DNA of 64,000 nt from Octopus sinensis (GCF_006345805.1 NC_043004.1:20460001-20524000), one strand, 5' to 3'. Counted from the first letter of the stretch, positions 24,906 through 37,505 are shown. Made by a program: numbers and translations. Notes: generated from the letters alone by a model not told the origin.

Positions 24906-25668
24906 TAATAAAGCTTTAAAAGATAGTGGTTTTAACGAAAAAATAAAATATACACCTATCACCAGCCCAACAGTAAGGAAAAGGAATAATAGAAATAGGA
25001 AGGTCATCTGGTTTACGCCCCCTTACTCACCCGAGGTGGCCTTCAATATAGGTAAATATTTCCTAGCTCTGATAGATAGACATTTTCCAGTTAACCATGC
25101 TTATAGGAAACTCTTCAATAGACACAATTTAAAAATTAGTTTTAGTTCAACTACCAATTTTAAAAACATAATCAATCATAACATACAAAAAACACAAGAA
25201 GAAAACAGCTGTTCATGCAGGAATAAAGAATTGTGCCCGCTAAATGGAGCTTGCATGTCCAAGACCATCATATATGAAGCTACCGTAAACTCTATAACCA
25301 CTAAAGACACCGTTTCGACGAAGAAATACGTGGGCCTGACAGAGGGTAATTTCAAGGCCAGGTTCAATAACCACACTTTGAGCTTTAGGCACTGGAACAA
25401 AAGAAAAGCGACACAATTATCCAATCATATTTGGTCTTTAAGAGATAAAGGTGTCGATTATAACATACAATGGAAGATTTTGGCCAGATGTAAGCCCTAC
25501 ACTAACGGCAGCGGAAGGTGCGGTTTATGCGACATGGAGAGATGGCTTATCTGGAAAAGCAGCTTAGACCCTACCACATGTCTAAATACAAGGACAGAGC
25601 TTTTCGGATCATGCCCACATGTGACTAAATTTCTGTTACGTTTTTGGTCCCCTAAAGAAAACGGATAG
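24906..25668 (+). pseudogene. 5'-truncated PLE ORF: RT C-terminus, Cys-rich linker and GIY-YIG endonuclease (open frame)
   Basis: CSCRNKELCPLNGAC, IIYEATV...YVGLT, FKARFNNH, CGLCDME, LNTRTE..CPH; no RT core and no native start. Confidence 0.9.
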
Positions 25669-25862
25669 AACATGCTTTCTGTGTTATGTCCCAAGAAGAT
25701 TTTATATATTTTTATATATTTTTATATATTTTTATGTATTTTTATATAATTTTTATGACGAAAAACGCGAGCAATGTATAAGTACGCAGGCAAAGCAGAG
25801 TTATAACAGAGTAATTTCCCTTAATTTTTAACGGTATTTTTTCATAACATTTTCAAATAGCC

Positions 25863-25925
25863 AGATAACCGAAGAGATGGTGTTGTGGATTTCCACTTCG
25901 GCATCTGAAACTCAGAGTTTTATCT
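25863..25925 (+). ncRNA. Type I hammerhead variant, right arm
   Basis: agataa CCGAAGA gatg(...gtgg attt ccac...)catc t GAAA ctc a gag TT ttatct. Confidence 0.6.
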
Positions 25926-26121
25926 TGACTACCGAGTAACGTAACATATTGTATAGATAAATTTCCTCTATTTACATAATATTGAGGTCTCTTTCTTTCT
26001 TTTGTTATCTTACCGTTTTATCAATATATATATATATATATATCCTTTAAGTTTGTTTATAGGAAACATTTTTGAGTATGCATATAAAAGCTATTTTATT
26101 GTGTCACTGCACCTTAGTATA

Positions 26122-26500
26122 GAGCTACAATGGCCCAGAGGTTAGGGCATCAGACTTACAGTCGTACGATCACGGTTTCGATTCCCAGACCAGATGTTGT
26201 GAGTGTTTATTGAGCAAAAACACCTAAAGCTGTACGAGGCTCTGGCAGGGGGTGGCGGCAAATTCTGTTGTACTCTTTCACCACAACATTCTCCCACTCT
26301 TTCTTCCTGTTTCTGTTGTACCTGTATTTCGAAGGGCCAGCCTTGTCACACTCTGTGTCACACTGAATCTCCCTGAGAATTATGTTAAGGGTACACATGT
26401 CTGTGGAGTGCTCAGCCACTCACACGTTAATTTCATGAGCAGGCTGTTCCGTTGACTGGATCAACTGGAACCCTCATTGTTGTAACCGACTGAGTGCCAC
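26122..26500 (+). mobile_element. SINE family B
   Basis: Head tggcccagaggttagg, B box gtttcgattccc; homologous to 5254-5637. Confidence 0.85.
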
Positions 26501-27431
26501 AATGACAGCTCAGTGATTCCACCCTGTGTCATTATCCAAGGGAAAATTAGGGTTCAGTACAACTTGTTACAAATGATGCTATGGTTATTCATGTCAGAAG
26601 AGAATGTACTGGAAGAGACACTGAAAGGCATCCTATCTAGCATTCTAGAAATTCTTCTAATCTTCAAGTCAACAGTGGTACTCTGCTTATCTCAAAAGGT
26701 TAATAAATGGTCAGACACCCAGCTGATGTGGATTTCTGTTCATAATGCAAAGTGAAATAGGGTTACTATGAACAACAGCTTCTGTACTCAGATTATAAAT
26801 TTACATTTATACTAATAATAAATTAGTACACTTAGTTTTGTTAGTAATTCCTATGAGGCATTCTGGAAAAGCTAGTGCTTTCAGAAAATGAAATCAAGCA
26901 GTGAACACACATGACAAATACAATCTGTAAGTGGAACTGTAAAAATATGCATGAGTTTTCTCAAGTTGAATATGTGACATTGTTCTTGGTATTAACATTT
27001 CAATGATAGAACATTGTATCTTTGTTAGAAACCAGATCTTTCCTGATAGGAAGACTTCAAAAAGTTAAAATTAAAAGAATATGCATAACAACTTTGCATA
27101 CATACATCACACATATATGTAGAATCTGCCTATACATCCTGCCATTGTTATTGAAGATGTATATACAATGGCATCCATTAACAGAACCAGTCAGAGACAA
27201 ATACAGATAGTATTTCTCACATTAATTATATCTATATTATTACTGAATACTAATAATATTGGTGGGACTTTGCCATCACAACTTCAGACCTGACATGTAA
27301 AGGTCATCAGATAGGAACATTTCTTTGAAGAGCAACGAAAACAATATATGGCCAGTTACTTTGAAAAACCACTAATGTCCCTATATAGATTAGATATTTA
27401 CATTTGTTATAGTAGGCATGTATACACACAG

Positions 27432-27491
<60 letters not shown>

Positions 27492-27859
27492 TTGAATATG
27501 TATATATGTATATATACACACAAACATGTGCATCCACATACACAACCTCATACACGTATACACATAGTACCACATATCCACATTGTTTTACACAAGAGTA
27601 GCAGTATACATCCATAGAAACACACACAGAAACACATATGCACACATATGCATACAAACACACACGATCTCACACACACACACACATATACACACACATC
27701 CATATATATCTTTATATAAAGATGTATATAAATATTTGTTTCACCATTTACTATTTTCGTATCTTAATTGTATCTTCCATAATACCTGCAAATGTAGTTC
27801 TATATTTGTCTTGGAACTCTAGATCTATAAAACCTTTGAGAAGTTGGAATTGTAATTCA

Positions 27860-28077
27860 TATGAATGTTTCTGCATGAGTGTGTATATATGTGTATGAGT
27901 GTACATATATGTATATGTGCATGTATGTGTGTATGTGTGTATGTGTGTATGTGTATGTATATATATATATATATATGTGTGTATATATATATATATATTT
28001 ATGTATACATATATATGTTTATGTATATAAATCTATGTATATGTGTGTATGTATATGGATGTATATATATATATGAA

Positions 28078-28112
<35 letters not shown>

Positions 28113-28300
28113 TTGCATGTATATGAATGGAGGTATATGTTTATATATATATATATGTGTGTGTGCATGCATGTGTATATATGTGTATGTGTGTGTGTAC
28201 ATATAAGTGTATATATGTGTGTATGTGTTATATACATGTGTAGATATATATTTACATATGTGTGTTAGTGCATGCATTTGTGTGTGTGTGTGTGTGTGTA
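27860..28300. repeat. Compound (TA)n/(TG)n microsatellite
   Basis: Seen directly. Confidence 0.9.
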
Positions 28301-28780
28301 CATCTTGCTAATGTTACATTCAATACATGAACAGAAGCAGTTAGGTCTTAGCATGCATATGTCATTATATTGCCATTTAGGCATGTAGGAGAATATATAA
28401 AAGTTTAAGCAGTATACTTAAGTGAAAGCATTGACATACATATACACACAGTCACGTGTGTGCTTGTGTGTGTGTGTATGAGTATAAACATTAAAGAGCT
28501 CCATACATTATTGTGAAACATGTTCATCAACACACTTATATATGTTTGCAAACACGCACGCACAACAGACATGCTCACAACAGACACGCTCACTTTTAGA
28601 CATATACACGTGGACAGCAGAAATTTTATGCTTCTAATAATCTGTTATCTGTTTTCGAATGCCTTTAGTCTTTAGTCTAATACATACACACACACACGTG
28701 TGTGTGTGTATTGTGCATAAATATGAATAAATACTAATAAATAAATATATAAATAAAAATCATATGGAAATTGTAGCTGT

Positions 28781-29063
28781 GATACCTGTGCCAGTGGCAT
28801 GTAAAAAGCACCATCTGATCATGGCCAATTCCAGCGCCACCTTTACTGCCTACTGTGCACCAACCAATCGTGACCATTGCCAGCCTCCGCTGACCCCTGT
28901 GCTGTCACAGAGTGGTTGGCGTTAAGAAGGGCATCCAGCTGTAGAAACACTGCCATATCAAATTGGAGCCGGGTGCAGCCTCCTGGCTTCCCAGACTCCG
29001 GTTGAACCATCCAACCCATGCTAGCATGTAAAACGGACGTTAAACGATGATGATGATGATGAT
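28781..29063 (+). mobile_element. Family D copy
   Basis: gtggcatgtaaaaagcacc...ggacgttaaacgatgatgat. Confidence 0.8.
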
Positions 29064-29219
29064 GATATATGTATGTATGTATATATATATATATATAATA
29101 TATATATATATATACACACACACACACGCTCATCTTTTCAGTTCTATTTTCCTGTTGCATCACCAAACTTCTCTCTTTCTCTCTCTCTATCTATCTATAT
29201 GTATATACATATCATATCA

Positions 29220-29297
29220 GGACAATTACTCCCCTGGGACAACTACCCCCATGGGACAATTTTCCCCGACGATAACTACCCCCTAGGACAATTTTAG
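29220..29297. repeat. About five imperfect 15-17-bp ggacaa(t/c)tacccc units
   Basis: ggacaattactcccctg / ggacaactacccccatg / ggacaattttccccgac / gataactacccccta / ggacaatttt. Confidence 0.75.
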
Positions 29298-29339
29298 TCA
29301 AATAAATTCATTACAAAATTTTTTCCTTTTTCTTTTTAA

Positions 29340-29665
29340 GTTTGGTACATATTTGTCAGTCTCTTTTGCTAAACTGCTAAAGACAACAATACTAGTTGTT
29401 AAGCGATGGTGGGAATCATAAAAACACCCCCCCACACACACACATACACACACTCACACACACACACACATGCACACACACGCACACACACGCACACACA
29501 CATACACATTTGTGCTTCTTTCAGTTTTCATCTACCAAATTCATTCACAAAGCCTTGGCTGTTCTGAGGCTATAGTAAAAGAAACTTGCCCAAGGTGCCA
29601 TGCAGTAGGACTAAACCTAGAATCAAGGAGTTAGGAAGCAAGCTTCTTACCACACATCCACTCCT
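29340..29665 (-). mobile_element. SINE family A, diverged
   Basis: Head and body match, internal (CA)n. Confidence 0.7.
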
Positions 29666-29687
29666 GTGTGTATATGTATACACATTT

Positions 29688-29742
<55 letters not shown>

Positions 29743-29759
29743 TGTGTGTGTGTGTGTGT

Positions 29760-30044
29760 GGAGGCGCAATGGCCCAGTGGTTAGGGTAGCGAACTCGCGG
29801 CCGTAGGATCGCAGTTTCGATTCCCAGACCGGGCGTTGTAAGTGTTTATTGAGCGAAAACACCTAAAAGCTCTACAAGGCTCCGGCAGGGGGTGGTGATC
29901 CCTGCTGTACTCTTTCACCACTCTTTCTTCTGTTGGCCTGCCCGCTTAGCCACCGGGGTGGCGTCATTCGAAGTCTAAAACAATGCGAACGCATTGTGAC
30001 CAGCGATGTGTAACTACATCTGATGGACTGGTTGGTCGCGTGAT

Positions 30045-30053
<9 letters not shown>
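29760..30053 (+). mobile_element. SINE family B head with a different tail
   Basis: ggaggcgcaatggcccagtggttagg head; tail diverges after ctctttcttctgttggcc. Confidence 0.75.
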
Positions 30054-30108
<55 letters not shown>

Positions 30109-30569
30109 TGTAAAAAGGTTGAATGTAGATTCGTCCTTTAATTTTGAAGGTTTCCAAAAGAGATCTCCAATGTTGATTCTTCATACTTTGCTGGTAGTTT
30201 AAAGGCATAAATTTGTGAAGATATGAAAGTAATACTTGTATATAATGTAAGATGAATTTATGGAAAGAAGTCCCACAAAGCTCATCAATTTATTTAAAAA
30301 TGGAGGAGACAAGTTGTTAAAATGTATAAGAAGTGTAATTCTTGCAGATGATCATTTTGTAGAGAGATATAAAAGTAATAAAGCAAATTCATGATTGAAT
30401 TAAATAAAATTAAATTGATTTAATACGATATATCAATGTACTCTTTAGTGCAGGAAGTATAAACAAAAATACAATGAACTTGAGAAGGAAAATAGCAGAA
30501 AAATTGAATCTAAGATACTCATATTTTTATTCTTGTGAGAAAGAGATGTGGGTCATGCTGGATATTTAA

Positions 30570-30790
30570 CCCTTGCGTTACTGTATTTATTTTGAGATGC
30601 TCTGTGTTTCTTTCAATTATTTTAAATATAACAAAGAATTTAGTAAAATAAGTTAGTTATTACTAAGCTAGTATTAGGAATATAAATTGCGAATCAGGTT
30701 TGGTGGTATATTTTGATGCAAAACTTATGAAAACAAGATATTTGTACTACAGAGCCAGAGCCGGTTTTGGCCGGGTTGGTAACGAAAGGG
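30570..30790. mobile_element. piggyBac-type MITE
   Basis: TTAA at 30566 and 30791; TIRs cccttgcgttac / gtaacgaaaggg. Confidence 0.85.
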
Positions 30791-31312
30791 TTAACCATAA
30801 CTAAGGGCTATAATGGTTATTTGAAAATATAAGTGAAGAGGTATCAGAGATATTCCCTCTATAGATGAGTATGAAAATTGGAAATTTTAACTCCAAATCA
30901 GTAGCATAGAGCAAAATATGTTTTAGAAATGTCCAATGGAAAGAAACTCCTAGGTTTGAATTAAAATATGAACTGACCATTGAAATCATTACATGGTGAA
31001 ATGTATTTAAAAAAAAATTTCTATACATATGAATGGAGTTTATCAGCCCTTTATATACCAACTCCTCACAATAAACTTCATTCTTATGTATGAAATCCTT
31101 TTATTAAATTTGCATTATTATTTTTATATCTCTGTACAAAACGATCGTCTGCAAGAATTAAACGTCGCATATATTTTAACAACTTGTCTCCTCCATTTTA
31201 AAATAAATTGATGAGTTTCATTGGACTTCTTTCCATAAATTCCATAAATTCACCATACATTATATACATGTACATATATATATATGTATGTGTGTGTGCA
31301 TTTGTGTGCATA

Positions 31313-31684
31313 TGAGCACCATTCGAGTGTGATCGTTGCCAGAGCAGCCAACTGGCTTCTGTACCCGTGACACGTAAAAGAGCACCATTTGAGCGTGATC
31401 CTTACCATTGTCGCTTCACTGGAACCTGTGCCAGTGGCATGTGTAAAAAGATTCGAGCGAGGTCATTGCCAGTACCACCTAACTGGCCCCCATGCCGGTG
31501 GCACGTAAAAAGCACCCACTACACACTCAGAGTTGTTGGCGTTAGGAAGGGCATCCAGCTGTAGAAACTCTGCCAGATTGAGATTGGAGCCTGGTGCAGC
31601 CATCTGGTTCGCCAGCCCTCAGTCAAAATCGTCCAACCTATGCTAGCATGGAAATCGGACATTAAACGATGATGATGATGATGA
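31313..31684 (+). mobile_element. Family D variant
   Basis: Repeated gtggcacgtaaaaagcacc modules, family D 3' end and (GAT)n tail. Confidence 0.8.
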
Positions 31685-32027
31685 TATGTGTGTGTGTGTG
31701 TGTGTATGTGTGTGTGTATATATATATGTGTGTGTTAATAACATTTAGGAGGTGCTCTTTCCTCTCACCAAAGTGAATGGAGCTTTGGCCAGGAGAAACT
31801 GATGTCATCAGACCGTGTCTAACGTTCATCAGGTGTTTCAACCCTGAACTGTAAAACCGTCCCATTAGTAGATCAGCAGAGGTGGCCAAATCACAGCTCC
31901 TCAACTCCTCCTCATCTCCAGCTTAATTTCTCTTCTTGCTCCAAAACCAGCAAGAGGCTCTTGCAGATGTTTCCCATCTTGTGCATTATCACCCTTCACT
32001 TCTTTGCTCTCATTGTATTGGTTGTAA

Positions 32028-32073
<46 letters not shown>

Positions 32074-32442
32074 GAAATGTGGTGTAGACAAAACAGGGAC
32101 AACTGAAGAAGGGGAATATTCCTTGTGTTGTATGTCTTTTACTCTGACTTTTCGTTGTTTGAAAAAAGTCTGTTTCCATGTTTTTGTTTTTATGTTTCTC
32201 ATTGTGTTCAACGTTTTTTGGTGTCCTGTACCCATATATGCATGTATATATACATATAGATGTAAGTATGTACATATATGTAAGTATAGATGCATAAGTT
32301 TATATATTATTTTGTTGTATATATATATATATATACATATACATACATACCCATAAACACACATACACACTCATGTGCATGCACACACATACACACATTA
32401 TCTGAAATGTATAGTATTAAATATCTATCACAGCTGATCTTA

Positions 32443-33464
32443 TCAATCAGTTTCTTGTAAAGAATACAATAGCGTGTTAGGTAATAAACCAATTATATAA
32501 CTTTATGCTCATCAGAGTTAGCTGATATGGAAGGGAATATGGTGACTGCTCTCTATTGTCAGAGGTGGGTTAGCACAACCGGTCAGTGGCTCCTGTGAAA
32601 AAAGTGGTGGAACAAAAAAGAGCCTGGGGATTAGTTTAGGAGTTATGTGCCTTGGTTGGATATGCTGTGAACCCAACTGGCGTTATCTTGAAGTGGGGAA
32701 AATATCTGGCTGAGAAGAGAGCAATTTTAAAAGGTACTCAACACCCAGATCTTTATCTTAATAGCAGGAGTAAGATGCTTAATCCTTGTCTGCATGAAAG
32801 GAAGTACATTCTATTGCACCTGCAGGCCCCACCATGGCTGCAACGACAGGTCCTGTGCCTTGACCTTCCACCAATGTCCTTGATCCTGGCAAAAAGTGTC
32901 TGACCAAAGCACACACCAAGGCATCCAAGTACACACAGGCATAACCCTATAAGATGAACACCCCACAACACATACCCCTTCACAAAAGTTGTACTCCCAT
33001 ATATACAAAGACTCCACACACACACATTACACACTGCACACTAACATAACCACCCTACAATGACTGTTTCCATTACAGAAAGAATACAGGCCAACAAACA
33101 CGACTATATATATACCTACACCCCTGGGAAAATTTATGCATGTGACACTGCAACACATACTGCACACCCCATTCCCACAGGTACACCACATTAATAATAC
33201 ACACTTTCTCCACTTCAAGATAACTCTTGCTGGCTTCACTGCATGTCTAACCAAGGGACATAACTCCTAAACTAATCCCCTGGCAATTTTTTGTTCCACC
33301 ACCTTTTCCACAGCAACTGCTTACCAGTTGTGCTAATCCACCTCTGACAATAGAGAGCAGTTGCCATATTTCCTTCCATATCGGCTAACTCTGATCAGTG
33401 TAAAGTTATATAATTGGTTTGTTACCTAACACTCTGTTGTATTCTTTATGCGAAACCGATTAGT
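32443..33464 (+). mobile_element. 5'-truncated Neptune-type PLE with inverted pseudo-LTR at its 5' end
   Basis: 32443-32701 is a diverged reverse complement of 33205-33464; from about 32703 the sequence encodes LAEKRAILKGTQHPDLYLNSRSKMLNPCLHERKY (endonuclease C-terminus, cf. LNTRTELFGSCPHVTKF); HHR fold in both arms. Confidence 0.75.
33388..33464 (+). ncRNA. Hammerhead with long stem II (core CUGAUCA)
   Basis: act CTGATCA gtgtaaag...ctttatgc GAAA ccga TT agt; the mirror arm keeps CTGATGA gcataaag. Confidence 0.6.
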
Positions 33465-34433
33465 ATGACCAGCCATGATGGATATTTAAAACTGTACATT
33501 TTGGATAATATACCCACTCTACAGACAGATATATGAGTGCATCTTTTTCTTGACTCATGCTCATATGTATACACGCACACACACACATATATAAATGCAT
33601 AGATGTATATATGTGTATGTACAAATATGCATATATACCAACATATATTTTTATCTTTATATGTACATACGTTTATGCAACTGAGAATATTTGTATATAC
33701 ATATGTTTTTATTCTCTCTCTATCTGTTTTCTCTCTTCTTTCCTATATATATAGTTAGATGCATACACACATATTCATATGTGCATATGTATCTGAATGT
33801 ATGTAAGCATATACAATCACTTTAATATAGATGTTTTGCCAAGAAATTAATGTCAATGAGAATGAGAGAAACCGTATGTCGTATGTGTTGAATAATGTGT
33901 GTGTGCGTGTGTGCATGTGTGTGGTGTGTGTGTGTGTATGTGTGTGTGTGTATCTACTTCTGTTATAGATTTCTTTTTTGCCTCTCCTTTCCATACTGAA
34001 GTCTGTCAGAAATGTATCTTTTATAAAGATGATGAGTTACTGAAACACAAGAAAAGAAATAGCTCACTAATGACAGATAGAAGAGAGTGCTGTCATCGTC
34101 ATCATCATGATCATTATAATGATCATCATGACCATCATCATTATCACCATCAACAACAACAGGGACGTGAGCAATATATATCTTCTAGAAGCAAGCTGTA
34201 TTTTATCCAGATTCATACCGCTATATAGTGGCATAATCAGTGACATTAAACAACACTGTCAGATATAGTTATTTTTAATGTGTTCTTTGAGATAAGTAGA
34301 ATAAACAATAAGTTAGATGTGATAGAAGTGAGATCAAGAGGTTTTCATATCGAAGGTAGAAGAAGTAAATGATCAGGGAAGAATTAAAGATGTTGACATA
34401 GATATATATTAATTTGAAACTTGATGAATAAGA

Positions 34434-34477
<44 letters not shown>

Positions 34478-34565
34478 CATATATATATGTGTGTATCTAT
34501 CTCTTCATCATTCTCTTGCTCTTCTCTATATATATACATATATGTGTGTGTATTGATATGCATGT

Positions 34566-34944
34566 GGAGGCAACCATGGCCCAGTGGTTATGGCAGCAGA
34601 TTCGCGGTCATAGGATTGCAGCTTCAATTCCCAGGCCAGGCATTGTGGGTGCTTATTGAGTGAAAACACTTAAGGCTCCATGAAGCTCCAGCAGGGGTTG
34701 GTGGCGAACCCTGCTGTACTCTTTCACCACAACTTTCTCTCACCCTTTCTTCCTGTTTCTGTTGTACCTGAATTTCGAAGGGCTAGCCTTGTCACACTCT
34801 GTGTTACACTGAATCTCCCTGAGAACTATGTTAAGTGTACACGTGTCTGTGGAGTGCTCAGCCACTTGCACGTTAATTTCATGAGCAGGCTGTTCCATTG
34901 ATTGGATCAACTGGAACCCTCGTTGTCATAACTGACCGAGTGCT
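34566..34944 (+). mobile_element. SINE family B
   Basis: Homologous to 26122-26500. Confidence 0.85.
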
Positions 34945-35157
34945 GTAATTGATATGCATGTGTATATGTATATGTGGGTGTACATGTTTGTGCATATGTA
35001 TAGTTATGTATAGATATAAGTGTGTGTAAGTATGCATATATGAATATATACATGTGTGTATGTATGTATATATATATGTGTGTGTATATATATGTATAAT
35101 ATATGTATATATATATATATATGTATATATGAATATATATATATGTATATATATATG

Positions 35158-35212
<55 letters not shown>

Positions 35213-35297
35213 TATATATATGTATATATATATAATATATATATGTATATATATATGTATATATATATACATTTATATATATATATATATGTAGATG

Positions 35298-35332
<35 letters not shown>

Positions 35333-35343
35333 GTATATATATG

Positions 35344-35377
<34 letters not shown>

Positions 35378-35453
35378 AGTATATATATGTATATATATAT
35401 ATATGTATATATATATGTGTATATATATGTATATATATATGTATATATGTATG

Positions 35454-35485
<32 letters not shown>

Positions 35486-35620
35486 AATGTATGTATGTAT
35501 GTATGAATGTATGTATGTATGTATGAATGTATGTATGTATGAATGTATGTACGAATGAATGTATGTCTGTATGTATATATGTATATATGTATGTATGTAT
35601 GTGTGTATGTATGTAGATTT
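34945..35620. repeat. Long (TA)n/(TATG)n microsatellite
   Basis: Seen directly. Confidence 0.9.
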
Positions 35621-35624
35621 TCTC

Positions 35625-36175
35625 AAATGCCCTGGAGGTTCCTAAGACTTCTTTTTACTTGAGTGATCTAATTAACCAGGGAGGAGGAAGATCTGAAAGT
35701 TTAGTTGCTAGAATTAGAATTAGATGGAGAAAGTTCAAAGAGCTTTTACTGCTGTTGGCAACAAAAGGCCACTATCTTTCACACTGAAAATTGTAGATTG
35801 TATGATGTTTGTAAATGATCAAGAAATGTTAGTGAAACATGAACTGTGAATTCTATGGACATACAAAAGCTTGAAGGAAGCAAAACTACCATGCTTTGCA
35901 AGATGGGCAATATCAGTGCACGTGTACAACAAAGTGCAAATGTGTTCGAGAGAAAATTGTGCATAAGTGTATTAGATGTAGTGTGCAAGACAGAGAACAG
36001 TGCTGGTATGGTCATGTGATGTATATGGAAGAGGATTGCTAACGTGGATGGAACCTGTGAAGGAAGGTGACCAAGCTAGTCATGGGATGAAGTAGTGATG
36101 CGTGACCTCTTGAGCCTGAAACTCACTGTGGAGATGACAAAGTGCCAAGATAGCTAGTGATTGGCTGTGCTGAAG
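35625..36175 (+). mobile_element. RTE LINE 3' part, degenerate
   Basis: YLSDLINQGGG, SESLVARIRIRWRKFKELL, WYGHVMYMEED, WDEVVMRDL. Confidence 0.75.
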
Positions 36176-36382
36176 AACAATTATCTATCTAAGCAATAAA
36201 GAGTCCCTAAAATCATATCACAAATGTCTCTGTTTATATGTATGGCATTATTGTGGATTAGGTAAATATAACAATAACTTAAATTAGATACCTTTTCTAA
36301 ACGAATAAGCTAAATATATTTCAGGTATTTTCAAATTTAGCACAGTAATAACACATATTCTTCCTTTCCATCATCCTGAAAA

Positions 36383-36384
<2 letters not shown>

Positions 36385-36424
<40 letters not shown>

Positions 36425-36432
36425 ATTGTCTG

Positions 36433-36517
<85 letters not shown>

Positions 36518-36525
36518 CTATCGAC
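36385..36525. repeat. (ATCT)n microsatellite
   Basis: Seen directly. Confidence 0.9.
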
Positions 36526-36989
36526 CTGTCTGTCTGTCTGTTTATATATATATATATATATATAGTTTTTGAGAATTCTCTATGATCCTGCTTTGAAGAA
36601 ATATGTTCCTCAAAATTATTTCTGTGAAAGCAAATCAATCAATACACATTTAAAATACCTTTTATTTTCTCCCCATCTCTCTCTCTAACACCTCACTCAT
36701 CGCTCTCTCTATCTCCCTATATATACATGTATACTGTGTATGTATATAGTTATATTTATGTAATATATACACATCCTTCTATCTCTACTCTCCTAGGATT
36801 GCTCTGTACTTTGAGTATCTCCCCCCTCTCTCTCTCTTTTCTCTCTCAGTCTCATTCTACTGTGTATATAAATATGTATGTGTGTGTATGTGTTTGTGTG
36901 TGTATACACATATAGGTTTGTATTTATCCTTCCATATCTGTTCTAATAAGATTGCTTTCTATGTTGAATATTTCTGTCTTCACCTCTCC

Positions 36990-37470
36990 TTCCCTCTCAA
37001 TCTACTCACCCTTCCCTTCATGCACTCTAATTCCATTCTACTTCTCCCTTTTCTATACTCTCATATAGCCACTAAATCTCTACTTTCCCCAATTTATCCT
37101 CCTCCTCTCTCTCTCCCACTTTCTCCCTCTCCCTCCAGTTATTCTTCCCTTTGACTTCCACCTGCTCTTCCCTCTCCTCTCAATCTACTCATCTTCCCCT
37201 TCGTGCATTCAACTCCCTGCTTCTCCTCTCTCTATCCCCTCATATAATCACTAAATTTCTTCTCTCCCTTTCCACTTGCTCTTCTTTCTGTCTCAGTCGA
37301 CTTCCCCACTCACCTTCTCCCTTTGTCCTCACATATTCATTTGTGCCTCTTTCTCACCCTCCACTTGCTCTCCTCTCCCACTTTCCACTTGCTCTCCTCT
37401 CTTACCCTCTAATTATTCTCTTTCCTCTCTAATCTTATTCACCCATCTCTCCTCTCATATCACCATCATT

Positions 37471-37505
<35 letters not shown>
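36990..37505. repeat. CT-rich polypyrimidine low-complexity tract
   Basis: Seen directly; a similar tract lies at about 7590-8070. Confidence 0.8.

Larger units (their letters stand above)
23845..26025. mobile_element. Neptune-type PLE as a 2.1-kb head-to-head palindrome
   Basis: 23856-24879 is the reverse complement of 24906-25937 with few differences; 26-nt spacer; both ends lie in (TA)n; each arm encodes a GIY-YIG domain. Confidence 0.95.

Noticed and set aside
24165-25007. 280-aa ORF with a hydrophobic, signal-like N-terminus fused to GIY-YIG
   Set aside because: The N-terminus is antisense of the right arm read across the palindrome centre, so it is an artefact of the symmetry
24361-25424. 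Two identical 82-aa ORFs (MDNCVAF...) on opposite strands
   Set aside because: Antisense shadows of the endonuclease frame in each arm
24898-25800. Possible selenoprotein/SECIS, as known in some PLE clades
   Set aside because: No in-frame TGA within the intact frame and no convincing SECIS fold downstream
34090-34170. Poly-His/Gln ORF segment
   Set aside because: Degenerate (CAT)n/(CAA)n repeat with no exon signals
12586-35626. Many YI/HT/CV-rich ORFs in the ORF track
   Set aside because: Translations of (TA)n, (CA)n and (TG)n tracts, which lack stop codons
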